DNA of 64,000 bases from Hydrurus foetidus (GCA_900617105.1 UYFQ01000006.1:248001-312000); one strand, 5' to 3'. Positions 50,827 to 60,942 are shown, numbered from the stretch's first letter. Numbers and translations: made by a program. The notes: generated by a model not told the origin, from the letters alone.

Positions 50827-51035
50827 GGCCACCCTCTTTTTCTTGGGTGCCGACGCGCTGCATCCAGTTGTACAAAATAAAACACATCAGCAAGATGATG
50901 AGGAAGTAAATCAACGAGAACGCTGCAGCTGGCCCCAAGTCAAATTGACCCACCGCTTTTTGCGTCAAAAACTGCGACAAGAACGTGGTCGAATTGCCCG
51001 GCCCACCCCCCGTCAGCACAAACGGTTCGGTGTAA

Positions 51036-51067
<32 letters not shown>

Positions 51068-51712
51068 TGCAATCATCAGCACACCCCGCATCTTGGGCAG
51101 CTGCACGTACCAGAACACAGCGAGCTTGCTGGCCCCGTCAATGCTGGCAGCTTGGTAATACGCATCAGGGATAGAGCGCAGACCGGCATAACCCAAGAGC
51201 GCGACCAGCGGCGTCCAGTGCCACACGTCCATCAACAGCACCGTCAACCACGCATGGGTCGCATTGCCCGTGTAGCTGTAGTCAATGCCCAGCCCTTGCA
51301 GCGCAGCCCCCATCAAACCAATGTCAGCCCGGCCAAAAATCTGCCAAATCGTGCCCACTACATTCCAAGGAATCAGCAGCGACAGAGAAACAATGACCAA
51401 CACCGCAGACGACTTCCAGCCCTGGGCCGGCATGGACAAGGCCAACAAAATCCCTAACGGAATCTCAATGGCCAGCACCGACAGCGAAAACGTGAGCTGG
51501 CGCAGCAGGGCACCATGTAACTCATCGTCACGCATGATGGCAGCAAACCATTCGGTACCTACAAACACCCGACGCTCGGGAGAAATGATGTCTTGCACCG
51601 AGTAGTTCACCACCGTCATCAACGGCAAAATGGCGGAGAAAGCGACGCAAATCAGCACCGGCAATATCAAGAACCAGGCTTTCTGGTTCACCGGCTTGGT
51701 GGTCGTGCTCAT
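50819..51712 (-). CDS. glpP: Glycerol ABC transporter permease
   Basis: DVWHWTP, YYQAASIDGA loop. Confidence 0.8.
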
Positions 51713-52806
51713 GGCAGTATTTCCTCGTTTTGATAAAAGCAGGTGTGCTCGCCCATCACCTTCAGCCACACGGTGTCCCCGGTGGCCCAGTCCCCGGCAT
51801 CGGGCGACAACCGCGCTTTAAGGGTGTGCGGTGCACCTTGTGCAGCCAGCGTCGCGGTCAGCATCAAATGGGTGCCCACGTCTTGAAGTTTGGCGACTGT
51901 CATCGCCAGTGCGCCTGGGGTATTTGCCGCAGCGACTTCGACGTATTCGGGGCGAATTCCCAGTTTAATGTCGCCATTTGCAGAACTCGGCAAGGATCGA
52001 CCGACAGGCAAAGCCAAGGTCACGCCTGCGGTATGGAAGACCACATTTTTCACCTGCCCCGACAAGAAATTCATACCGGGTGAGCCAATGAAGTGCCCCA
52101 CAAATGTGTGGCTAGGCCGCTCGAACAAATCAGCAGCGGAGCCCACCTGCACCGCCCGCCCCCGTGTCATCACCACCACCTGATCGGCAAAGGTCAGCGC
52201 CTCCACTTGGTCATGCGTCACGTAAATCAGCGTCAGCTTCAGCTCATGGTGAATTTGCTTGAGCTTGCGGCGCAGTTGCCACTTCAAATGCGGGTCAATC
52301 ACCGTCAGTGGCTCGTCGAACAGCACGGCGGACACATCGGGGCGCACCAGCCCGCGCCCTAACGAAATCTTCTGCTTGGCATCCGCCGCTAAACCAGAAG
52401 CACGCTGGTTCAGTTGGCCGCTCATCTCCAGCATCTCGGCGATTTCGCCCACACGCTTGTCGATTTGCGCTTGCGGCACCTTGCGGTTGCGCAACGGAAA
52501 AGCCAGGTTTTCGGCCACGGTCATAGTGTCGTAAATCACGGGGAACTGGAACACCTGCGCGATATTGCGCGCTTGAGGTGAATCCCGCGTGACATCGCGG
52601 CCATCAAAACGAACCGTGCCTTGCGAAGGTGCCAACAAGCCCGACATCACATTCAGCATCGTCGTCTTGCCGCAGCCCGAAGGCCCCAGCAGCGCATAAG
52701 CACCACCGTCGTCAAACGTCATTTTCAAGGGGAGCAGCGCGTAATCGCTGTCTTCTTTGGGGTCCCGCTTGTAGGCGTGAGCCAGATCGAGTTCTATGCG
52801 GGCCAT
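51709..52806 (-). CDS. glpT: Glycerol ABC transporter ATP-binding protein
   Basis: GPSGCGKT Walker A, LFDEPL, YVTHDQ; rhizobial name, not the MFS GlpT. Confidence 0.8.
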   Translation of the reverse strand: MARIELDLAHAYKRDPKEDSDYALLPLKMTFDDGGAYALLGPSGCGKTTMLNVMSGLLAPSQGTVRFDGRDVTRDSPQARNIAQVFQFPVIYDTMTVAENLAFPLRNRKVPQAQIDKRVGEIAEMLEMSGQLNQRASGLAADAKQKISLGRGLVRPDVSAVLFDEPLTVIDPHLKWQLRRKLKQIHHELKLTLIYVTHDQVEALTFADQVVVMTRGRAVQVGSAADLFERPSHTFVGHFIGSPGMNFLSGQVKNVVFHTAGVTLALPVGRSLPSSANGDIKLGIRPEYVEVAAANTPGALAMTVAKLQDVGTHLMLTATLAAQGAPHTLKARLSPDAGDWATGDTVWLKVMGEHTCFYQNEEILP

Positions 52807-52807
52807 A

Positions 52808-53941
52808 TCAGCGTCCTGCCTTGTTGGAGCGTGCCTGCGTGGCGCGAGCCTGTACAGGGGCGATGAGCAACATGCCCAGCGCGTCGAACACATAAACATG
52901 GGCGGGGTGAACGTACAACGTCACCAACGCACCCAGATCGAAGTGGTGTACGCCCGTCAATTGCGCCACCAGCTCGCCCACGGCGGTAGAAACGTGCAAA
53001 AAGGTGTTGGAACCGGAAATTTCTGCCAACTCCACCTTACCGGGCAAGGCCACATCGCCAACGCCACCGTGTGCGTCACCGTACTCCCCGGCCTGCACAC
53101 GCAAGGCGCTGGAGCGGATACCCACCGTGAATTTGTGCGACAGCGTAGGCGGCTTATCGGATTCGCTTAAGGACAGCAACGGCCCGCCCACCAACTGCAA
53201 ACCGCCAGACACAGCCGTAGCCGCCAGCAAATTCATCGGTGGATCGCTGAAAGCACGGGCTACGCGCAGTGATTTTGGCTTGTGAAACACCTCTGCCGTC
53301 GGGCCGTACTGCAACAGCTCACCCGCGTCCATCACAGCGGTATAGCCGCCCAGCAACAGCGCTTCACCCGGCTCGGTGGTGGCATAGACCACGGTGGAGT
53401 TACCCGCTGCGAACAGCGTGCTCAGCTCATCGCGCAATTCCTCACGCAGCTTGTAATCCAGATTGACCAGCGGCTCGTCGAGCAGCATCAGCGGTGCCCC
53501 CTTGGCCAGCGCACGGGCCAAGGCCACGCGCTGCTGCTGACCACCCGACAACTCGGCGGGCAAGCGGTCGAGGAACATCTCAATGTGCAGTTTCTCAGCC
53601 AGCTCTTTCACCCGCTGGTCAATGCCCGATTCGCCCCGCAGCTTGAGCGGTGAAGCGATGTTGTCACGCACCTTGAGCGAGGGGTAGTTGATGAACTGCT
53701 GGTACACCATCGCCACATTGCGCTCGCGAACTGGTACTCCCACCACATTCACACCGTCCACCATCACGCGCCCGCTGGTGGGCACATCCAGGCCCGCCAT
53801 GATGCGCATCAGGCTGGTTTTACCGGCTTGGGTCGCCCCCAACAGCACGGTGACCGCATCGGGCTGCAAGCGCAAATCCATAGGGTAAAGATGCTTTGAG
53901 GCACCTACCGATTTGCTGATCTGTTCAAGACTGAGTTGCAT
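52808..53941 (-). CDS. glpS: Glycerol ABC transporter ATP-binding protein
   Basis: GATQAGKT, LSGGQQQR, LLDEPL. Confidence 0.8.
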   Translation of the reverse strand: MQLSLEQISKSVGASKHLYPMDLRLQPDAVTVLLGATQAGKTSLMRIMAGLDVPTSGRVMVDGVNVVGVPVRERNVAMVYQQFINYPSLKVRDNIASPLKLRGESGIDQRVKELAEKLHIEMFLDRLPAELSGGQQQRVALARALAKGAPLMLLDEPLVNLDYKLREELRDELSTLFAAGNSTVVYATTEPGEALLLGGYTAVMDAGELLQYGPTAEVFHKPKSLRVARAFSDPPMNLLAATAVSGGLQLVGGPLLSLSESDKPPTLSHKFTVGIRSSALRVQAGEYGDAHGGVGDVALPGKVELAEISGSNTFLHVSTAVGELVAQLTGVHHFDLGALVTLYVHPAHVYVFDALGMLLIAPVQARATQARSNKAGR

Positions 53942-54070
53942 TACTGTGATTTCCTCGATTCCTTTTGCTGCGAATTGTGTTTCCTTTTTGTTCTTTTTTG
54001 TTAGGTATTTACCCGGATAAGTGCTAATACAGGGTTCGTTGCGCATTGTTTTGAGTTCAAATTGATCTCC

Positions 54071-54835
54071 ATGACACCGAACCCCCGCCAAAACCGCCTG
54101 CTGGAAGAGGTACGCACCCACGGCTCAGCGTCCATCGAAGCGCTCGCCGCCAAACTGGAAGTGACCTTGCAAACCGTACGCCGCGATGTACAGCGCTTGT
54201 CCGAAGCGGGCTTGGTCGCCCGCTTCCACGGCGGCGTGCGCTTGGCGCAGTCCACCACAGAAAACATCGTTTACCGCCAACGCCAAGCCCTGCACGCCGA
54301 CGGCAAAGCACGCATCGCCCGCGCCATCGCCAAGCGCGTGCCCAACGGCTGCTCGCTGCTGCTCAACATCGGCACCACCATCGAAGCCGTGGCCCGCGAA
54401 CTGCTGCACCACACCGGCTTGCGCGTCATCACCAACAACTTGAACGTCGCCGCCATCCTGAGTGAAAACCCGCAAAGCGAAGTGATCGTGGCCGGTGGCG
54501 TGGTGCGCTCGTCAGACCGGGGCATCGTGGGCGAGATGACCATCGAGTTCATTCGCCAGTTCAAGGTGGACATTGGTTTGATCGGCATCAGCGGAATCGA
54601 GACCGACGGCACATTGCGCGATTTCGACTACCGTGAAGTACAGGTAGCCCGCGCCATCATGGCGCACTCGCGCGAAATCTGGGTGGCCGCCGACCACAGC
54701 AAATTCAACCGCCCCGCCATCGTGCAACTGGCCGCGCTCAAAGACATCGACATGCTGTACACCGACAGCCCCTTGATCGACGGCTTCCCTGACCTGATGA
54801 CGGAAGCAGGCGTGGAATGCGTCGTGGCCGATTAA
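54071..54835 (+). CDS. glpR: DeoR-family glycerol repressor
   Basis: [28 protein letters not shown]; between glp operons. Confidence 0.9.
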   Translation: MTPNPRQNRLLEEVRTHGSASIEALAAKLEVTLQTVRRDVQRLSEAGLVARFHGGVRLAQSTTENIVYRQRQALHADGKARIARAIAKRVPNGCSLLLNIGTTIEAVARELLHHTGLRVITNNLNVAAILSENPQSEVIVAGGVVRSSDRGIVGEMTIEFIRQFKVDIGLIGISGIETDGTLRDFDYREVQVARAIMAHSREIWVAADHSKFNRPAIVQLAALKDIDMLYTDSPLIDGFPDLMTEAGVECVVAD

Positions 54836-54863
54836 CGTCCTACCCCCTCGCAAAGCCCCTCCC

Positions 54864-56357
54864 ATGACCTACCTGCTCGCTCTCGACCAAGGCACCTCCA
54901 GCTCCCGCAGCATCGTCTTTGCGCAAGACGGCAGCATCGTCACGATGGCGCAGCGCGAGTTCCGGCAAATCTACCCGCAGCCCGGCTGGGTCGAACACGA
55001 CCCGCAAGAAATCTGGGCCACCCAGCTCGCCACTGCCAAGCAAGCCCTGGCACAGGCGAATCTGCGTGCCCAAGACATCACCACCATCGGCATCACCAAC
55101 CAGCGCGAAACCACCGTGGTATGGAGTCGCACCACTGGCCAGCCCATCCACAACGCCATCGTCTGGCAAGACCGCAGGGCTGAGCCCACTTGCGTCGCCA
55201 TGCGTGAACGCGGCTTATCCGACGTGGTGCAGCAAAAAACGGGTTTGCGCATTGACGCTTACTTCTCAGGCACCAAGCTCAAATGGATTTTGGACAACGT
55301 ACCCGGCGCACGCGAGCAAGCCTCACGCGGCGAGCTGGCCTTTGGCACCGTCGATGCCTGGCTGATGTGGCAATTGACGCAGGGCCGCGTTCACGCGACC
55401 GATGTCAGCAACGCCGCCCGCACCATGCTGTTCAACGTCCACACCAACGCCTGGGATGCCGACTTGCTGCGCGAACTCGACATCCCCCCGCAGCTGATGC
55501 CCCGCGTGCTGCCCTCCAGCGCCCACTTCGGCGAGACCACGCCCGAAGTGCTGGGTGCCGCCATCCCTATCGGCGGCGTGGCAGGCGACCAGCAAAGTGC
55601 CTTGTTCGGCCAAGCCTGCTTCAAAGCCGGGCAGGCCAAAAACACCTACGGCACGGGCTGCTTCATGCTGATGCACACCGGCACCACCTTCCCCACCAGC
55701 CACAACGGCCTCATCACCACCAGTGCAGCGCAAGCCCACAACACGCCAGAATTTGCGTTGGAAGGCAGCGTCTTCATAGGCGGCGCCGTCATCCAGTGGC
55801 TGCGCGACGGCCTCAAAGCCATTCACGGCAGCAACGAAGTGCAAGCCCTGGCGCAAAGCGTGCCCGACAGCGGCGGCGTGATGTTCGTGCCGGCCTTCAC
55901 CGGGCTGGGTGCCCCGCACTGGAACCCCGACGCACGCGGCATCATTACAGGGCTTACCAGGGGTTCAACGCAAGCTCACATTGCGCGGGCAGCTATTGAA
56001 AGCATAGCATTTCAAAGTGCATCGCTGTTGGACGCGATGAGCCGTGACGCGGTTGCCAACGGTGGCGTGCCCGTCACAGAGCTGCGCGTCGATGGCGGTG
56101 CCTGCGTCAACGATTTGCTGATGCAGTTTCAAGCCGACTTGCTGGGTATCCCCGTCGTGCGCCCCGCCGTGATTGAAACAACCGCCCTCGGTGCCGCCTA
56201 TTTGGCAGGCTTGAGCAGCGGTGTGTACGCCAACCTGAATGAGCTGGCCAACCAGTGGCGCATAGAACGCACCTTCTACCCCACCCTGTCACGTGACCAG
56301 GCGCAAGAACGCATGGCACAGTGGGCGCACGCCGTGCGGCAATGCATGGCGGTTTGA
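54864..56357 (+). CDS. glpK: Glycerol kinase
   Basis: [39 protein letters not shown]. Confidence 0.97.
   Translation: MTYLLALDQGTSSSRSIVFAQDGSIVTMAQREFRQIYPQPGWVEHDPQEIWATQLATAKQALAQANLRAQDITTIGITNQRETTVVWSRTTGQPIHNAIVWQDRRAEPTCVAMRERGLSDVVQQKTGLRIDAYFSGTKLKWILDNVPGAREQASRGELAFGTVDAWLMWQLTQGRVHATDVSNAARTMLFNVHTNAWDADLLRELDIPPQLMPRVLPSSAHFGETTPEVLGAAIPIGGVAGDQQSALFGQACFKAGQAKNTYGTGCFMLMHTGTTFPTSHNGLITTSAAQAHNTPEFALEGSVFIGGAVIQWLRDGLKAIHGSNEVQALAQSVPDSGGVMFVPAFTGLGAPHWNPDARGIITGLTRGSTQAHIARAAIESIAFQSASLLDAMSRDAVANGGVPVTELRVDGGACVNDLLMQFQADLLGIPVVRPAVIETTALGAAYLAGLSSGVYANLNELANQWRIERTFYPTLSRDQAQERMAQWAHAVRQCMAV
55961..56009 (-). repeat. Copy of dispersed element inside glpK
   Basis: Perfect GCTAT-tgaaagc-ATAGC at 55992-56008, GC at 26-27 and 39-40, C49. 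Confidence 0.65.
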
Positions 56358-56405
56358 TCGCGCTTCATCGCCAACGTCAGGCCCCAAGCCCGCTAGACTG
56401 CGGGC

Positions 56406-57575
56406 ATGTTTCCATCATCACTTTCACGCCGCGCCGCTTTTCTGGGCAGCGCCGCCCTGCTCATTCGCCCCACGCTTTATGCGAAGACTGCCTCAGCACC
56501 CGCCCCGTCAACGCAGCCGCTGCCCCACTTTCGCCTGCTGGGCGACACCAGCTTGTCGCACCGCTTGTCGTTTCAAGACACCACGGTGGGCGGCTTGTCC
56601 GCGCTGGACTACGACCCGGTAGACGACCTCTGGTACACCCTGTGCGATGACCGCTCTGACCACAACCCGGCACGCTTTTACACCTTCCGCATGGCCGTCA
56701 CCGCCGAGGGTTTGAGCCGCCCCAGCCTGCAAAGCGTGGTGTTTTTGCGCCAAGCCGATGGCAGCACTTACCCCAACCGCAAGCAACGCAGCGCTGCAGC
56801 CATCCAACCCGGCACCGTGCCTGACCCCGAGGGCCTGCGCTTTCGCCACCACACCCGCACCCTGCTGTGGAGCAGCGAAGGCAACACCCGGCTGGGCTTG
56901 GAGCCGTTTGTGCGCGAAATCAGCCTGGACGGCCACCATCTGCGCCACTTCACGATGCCCCCGCAGTTCAAAATCACCCCCGATACCGGCCCGCGCGACA
57001 ACCTCGGGCTGGAAGGCTTGGCCCTCAGCCCCGACGGCAGCAACGCGTGGGCCTCGATGGAAAACGCGCTGCTGCAAGACGGCCCCGAACCCGCTGCGAA
57101 CGCCCCTGGCGGGCCATGCCGCATTACCAGCTTTTCCACCCGCACCGGCAAACCCCTTCGCCAGATCGCCTACGTGCCTGACGCCATTCCTGACCTGCCC
57201 TTCCCCGTGGGCGGCCTCGCCATGAACGGCATCAGCGAACTGCTGATGCAAACCAACCAGCACCTGCTGGTGCTGGAGCGCTCGTACATCGTGGGGGTGG
57301 GAAATTCCTTGCGGCTGTACCGCGTCAACGTCACCGAAGGCTCAGACACCTTGGGCGAAGCCACCCTGCGCCCCGGTAACCACACCCCTGTCACCAAGAC
57401 CCTGGTGCTCAACTTCAAAGACACCGGGCTAAAGCACCTCGACAACACCGAAGGCATGGCCTGGGGGCCGTTGCTCGCAGGGCGTAAAACCCTGGTCTTC
57501 GTCAGTGATGACAATTTCAACCCTTTACAAACCACCCAGTTCGTCGCCTTTGAAGTGACGGACACGCTGAATTAA
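56406..57575 (+). CDS. Esterase-like activity of phytase family protein (Tat-exported)
   Basis: SRRAAFL signal; GGLSAL, DDR, DPEGL, SSEG, NLGLEGL, DNTEG, VSDDNF motifs. Confidence 0.85.
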   Translation: MFPSSLSRRAAFLGSAALLIRPTLYAKTASAPAPSTQPLPHFRLLGDTSLSHRLSFQDTTVGGLSALDYDPVDDLWYTLCDDRSDHNPARFYTFRMAVTAEGLSRPSLQSVVFLRQADGSTYPNRKQRSAAAIQPGTVPDPEGLRFRHHTRTLLWSSEGNTRLGLEPFVREISLDGHHLRHFTMPPQFKITPDTGPRDNLGLEGLALSPDGSNAWASMENALLQDGPEPAANAPGGPCRITSFSTRTGKPLRQIAYVPDAIPDLPFPVGGLAMNGISELLMQTNQHLLVLERSYIVGVGNSLRLYRVNVTEGSDTLGEATLRPGNHTPVTKTLVLNFKDTGLKHLDNTEGMAWGPLLAGRKTLVFVSDDNFNPLQTTQFVAFEVTDTLN

Positions 57576-57617
57576 GCTGAATCTTTAAAGCTAATTTTTT
57601 AAAGCTTATTTTTGAAA
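57573..57617 (+). repeat. Imperfect 14-bp AT-rich tandem repeat x3
   Basis: aagctgaatcttta / aagctaatttttta / aagcttatttttga in the intergenic gap before proC. Confidence 0.55.
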
Positions 57618-57628
57618 CGGAACCGTTT

Positions 57629-58444
57629 ATGAACACCCACATCGCCTTCATCGGCGGCGGCAACATGGCCAGCGCCATCATCGGCGGCTTGCTGCGCCAA
57701 GGCTTGCCTGCCAGCCACATCACCGTCGTCGAACCCTTTGCCGACACCCGTAAACACCTCCAGCATCGCTTCAAAGTCACCGTGCTGGAACAACCCGGCC
57801 CAGCCCTCGCCAGCGCCGCTTTGGTGATCTGGGCCGTCAAACCCCAAACCTTCAAAGAAGCTGCCCTGCAAAGCAGCGTTCACACCAAAGATGCCGTCCA
57901 CTTGAGCGTGGCAGCTGGCATCCGCAGCGGCGACATCGCCCATTGGCTGGGCACCGAACGCATCGTGCGCGCCATGCCCAACACCCCCGCGCTGATCGGC
58001 AAAGGCATCACTGGGCTGTTCGCCCGACCCGCCGTCACCGACACAGAACGCCAGAGCGTGGAACAGGTCATCAGCACCACCGGCGAACTGCTGTGGGTAG
58101 AGACGGAAGTACAGCTCGATGCCGTCACTGCCCTTTCCGGCTCAGGCCCGGCCTACGTCTTTTACTTTGTCGAAGCCATGACCCAAGCCGGTGCCGACAT
58201 GGGCCTGCCTCGCGAGCAAGCCTACAAATTAGCTTTAAGCACTTTTTCAGGGGCATCTGAATTGGCACGCAACTCGAATGAGACGCCTGAAATTTTGCGC
58301 CAGCGCGTCACGTCCAAAGGCGGCACGACTTACGCGGCCATCACGTCGATGGAGCAAGACGACATCAAAACCCGATTCATGCGCGCACTGCACGCCGCCC
58401 GTCACCGTGCCAGTGAACTGGGCGATGAGTTTGGCGCGGGCTAA
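57629..58444 (+). CDS. proC: Pyrroline-5-carboxylate reductase
   Basis: IGGGNMA, AVKPQ, RAMPNTP, SGSGPAY, VTSKGGTT. Confidence 0.96.
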   Translation: MNTHIAFIGGGNMASAIIGGLLRQGLPASHITVVEPFADTRKHLQHRFKVTVLEQPGPALASAALVIWAVKPQTFKEAALQSSVHTKDAVHLSVAAGIRSGDIAHWLGTERIVRAMPNTPALIGKGITGLFARPAVTDTERQSVEQVISTTGELLWVETEVQLDAVTALSGSGPAYVFYFVEAMTQAGADMGLPREQAYKLALSTFSGASELARNSNETPEILRQRVTSKGGTTYAAITSMEQDDIKTRFMRALHAARHRASELGDEFGAG

Positions 58445-58607
58445 GGTGCCCACACCCCCCCTAAAAAGGCCAACAATGTTTTGTAAAAGCGGGTAAACCC
58501 CAGCCCCACAAAACACCGGCAGAGTCGATTCACACAACGCCATGCCGTACACTGACAAACGTGTCATCAAAACACGTTCACCACCCTGATTTACTGAGGA
58601 GTTTGCT

Positions 58608-58796
58608 ATGAAAAAATTATTATCCGCACTTATCAGCGCCGCTTTCCTGATCGTGCCAATGGCTGTGATCTCCACCCCCGCATCGGCACAGACCGCAGCA
58701 CCAGCAGCCGCTGAAGCCGCCCCAATGAAGGCCAAGAAGGCCAAGAAAGCCAAGAAGCACCACCACAAAATGAAGAAAGCTGCTAAGGCCGCATAA
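58608..58796 (+). CDS. Small exported Lys/His/Ala-rich protein
   Basis: GAGGAG RBS, signal peptide ending ASA, own terminator. Confidence 0.8.
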   Translation: MKKLLSALISAAFLIVPMAVISTPASAQTAAPAAAEAAPMKAKKAKKAKKHHHKMKKAAKAA

Positions 58797-58825
58797 GCCA
58801 AGCGCTTTCAGCGCTTTTACAGCTT

Positions 58826-58856
58826 AAGAGGCCACCTGTTCGCAGGTGGCCTTTTT
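58826..58856 (+). terminator. Intrinsic terminator
   Basis: AGGCCACCTG-ttcg-CAGGTGGCCT followed by T-run. Confidence 0.88.
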
Positions 58857-58885
58857 CGTGCGCGCACGGTATTGAACCGCCAAAC

Positions 58886-60211
58886 TCAGTGCCCCGCGTG
58901 CAGCTTCGCATGGATGCGTTTGGTTGTGCGCCACACCGCCCACAGCACCAGCGGTATGGACGCACCTGCCGCCATTTCTGGGTTCAGCGGCACGCCCACC
59001 ACCTTCAAGGCCTTGCCCACATAGAGCAGCAGGCTGACCACGTAGTACGAGATGGCCGCAATCGACAGCCCTTCCACGGTGGACTGCAAGCGCAGCTGCA
59101 AATCCTGCCCCCGCGTCAACTTTTCCAGCAACTGCTGGTTTTGCACCTCGGTGGCAATATCCACCCGCGTGCGCAGCAACGCACTGGTACGTGCCACCCG
59201 CTCTGACAAGGACACCAGCCGCTGGGCTGTGGCCGTCACCGTGGCGATCGCGGGTGACAGGCGATGCTGCATGAACTCACCCAACGTCTGCGTGCCCGGA
59301 ATCGCCTTCTCGCGCAACTCCACCAGCCGCTGCCTGACCAGCGCGTCGTACGCCCGCGTTGCAGAAAATCGGTAGTTGTGCTCTGCGGTGGCCCGCTCCA
59401 CCCGAGCCGCCAGCGACACCAGTGTGTCCAGCAGCTCCTGGTCAGACGCACTCTTGAGTTCCAGTCGGGCAGTGATCTCCGCCAAGGCCTGCTCAGCCTG
59501 CGCCAGCATCGGTGCCAGCGTCTTCGCCACCGGCAAGCCCCGCAGCGCCATCAACCGGTAAGTTTCCAGCTCCAGCAGCCGCTGCGAAATCCGCCCCACC
59601 CGTGTCTCGGTGGTGCCGGGCGGCGCGATCACCAGCATCCGCTCAAAGCCATCCGCGCCGATCCGAAACTGCGTCGCCGCCCACGAATGCCCATGACCCA
59701 ACTGCGACGCCACCACGGTGCCCCCACCAAACCAGTGCTGCGCCTGCGACATCAGCGCACGCTCATCGGTCAAATCTCCCTGCAACAGCGCAATCTGAAT
59801 CGCCGCCACCGTGGCACCGGGAATGCTGCTCAGCCAATCGGGCGACACCACCAGCGCTGACAGCAAATCCGGCATTGCAGCCCCCAGCAGTGCCCCCTCA
59901 GACAGCGCTTGAACAATGGAATACCGCGTGAACTCGGTGTGCCGCTCCCACTTGACGGTGTAGCCGTCCAAACGCAAGCGCAAGAAGTTGTCCTGCAAAC
60001 TGTCCAGCGCCAACCCCTGCTGACCCGGCAAACCCCGCAGGTGCTCGCACTCCGCTTCGCGCGAAATACCCGCGTTGAGGACGGCCACATACGTGATGAG
60101 CGCCGGCAAACGCACCCGAGCCGAGGGCCGGGCATGAACTTCGTTGTGCAGCGTGGTGCGCAGCGGGTCGTTGGGGGGAAGCAGGTTGAGGGTCATCGAG
60201 GGCAGGTTCAT
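58886..60211 (-). CDS. DUF3422 family membrane-anchored protein
   Basis: LHNEVHARP, WERHTEF, QRLLELETYR, FSATRAY, QSTVEGLS..AISYY. Confidence 0.85.
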   Translation of the reverse strand: MNLPSMTLNLLPPNDPLRTTLHNEVHARPSARVRLPALITYVAVLNAGISREAECEHLRGLPGQQGLALDSLQDNFLRLRLDGYTVKWERHTEFTRYSIVQALSEGALLGAAMPDLLSALVVSPDWLSSIPGATVAAIQIALLQGDLTDERALMSQAQHWFGGGTVVASQLGHGHSWAATQFRIGADGFERMLVIAPPGTTETRVGRISQRLLELETYRLMALRGLPVAKTLAPMLAQAEQALAEITARLELKSASDQELLDTLVSLAARVERATAEHNYRFSATRAYDALVRQRLVELREKAIPGTQTLGEFMQHRLSPAIATVTATAQRLVSLSERVARTSALLRTRVDIATEVQNQQLLEKLTRGQDLQLRLQSTVEGLSIAAISYYVVSLLLYVGKALKVVGVPLNPEMAAGASIPLVLWAVWRTTKRIHAKLHAGH

Positions 60212-60269
60212 GGGCGGTATTGTGAGGGGTATCCATCGCCACCCGACACGCACAAGACGGCATCTCGCT

Positions 60270-60425
60270 GACAGACATGCGCAAGGTCAAGACCCGGCAG
60301 GGTTCGCATCGAATGCCAACGTCACACGCCTCAATGACCTGTCGCAGTTGAGGCTGGAAACTGTTCCAAGCGCCCCGTATGCCGTGTTTCAGAAAATGCG
60401 CCAGCGTGGGCATCCACCTAATGAC
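60270..60425 (+). pseudogene. Internally deleted YhaV-like toxin remnant
   Basis: DPAGFASNANV..L..LSQL.LETVPS joined to PYAVFQKM.QRGHPPND, resembling the N- and C-terminal parts of YhaV. Confidence 0.6.
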
Positions 60426-60467
60426 AGTAATCAGACCTGCCCTCGCAGTAAATCAGCAACCCAAATA

Positions 60468-60483
60468 GTAACTTATGCGTTAC
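60468..60483. promoter_or_regulatory. Palindrome, probable TA operator
   Basis: GTAAC-ttatgc-GTTAC, ending 8 bp before the toxin remnant ATG. Confidence 0.5.
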
Positions 60484-60491
60484 CATTCATC

Positions 60492-60616
60492 ATGATTTTC
60501 ACAGTCGAAGAATACATTCGTGCTGACAAATCGATAAAGCAAAAGCACTGCTGGCTGAATACAAAGCACGCAAGAAGGCGATAGCTTCCAGCAACCCCAG
60601 CAAAAACCCAAGGTAA
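60492..60616 (+). pseudogene. Internally deleted RelE/HigB-type addiction-module killer gene
   Basis: MIFTVEEYIRAD then out-of-frame IDKAKALLAEYKARKK...*; directly upstream of antidote gene. Confidence 0.7.
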
Positions 60617-60621
60617 CAATC

Positions 60622-60942
60622 ATGGCACTGACCAGAAACTTCAAAGAGACTGTTTTACAGCGGGTACAAAATGATTCCGCTTACGCACAAGCCTTGTTAG
60701 ACGAGGCCGCGACCCTGTTCCTGAACGGCGAGCCTGAGACCGCACGTCTGATCCTGCGCGATCTGGTTAACGGGACTATCGGTTTTGAACAATTGGCGGC
60801 ACTGACAACCAAACCCAGCAAGAGCCTGCACCGCATGTTGTCACCTACTGGCAATCCCAGCATGGACAATTTAGCTGCAATTTTCAGGGCTGTGCGGGAT
60901 CGGTTGCAGGTTAGCTTGCAGGCACATTCTGTAGCGGTGTGA
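60622..60942 (+). CDS. Addiction-module antidote / HTH transcriptional regulator
   Basis: MALTRNFKETV, LRDLVNGTIGFEQLA, KSLHRMLSP.GNP. Confidence 0.85.
   Translation: MALTRNFKETVLQRVQNDSAYAQALLDEAATLFLNGEPETARLILRDLVNGTIGFEQLAALTTKPSKSLHRMLSPTGNPSMDNLAAIFRAVRDRLQVSLQAHSVAV

Noticed and set aside
60144..60584. 146-aa ORF as a real gene
   Set aside because: Chimeric read-through of antisense DUF3422 sequence, the YhaV-like remnant and the start of the deleted killer gene.
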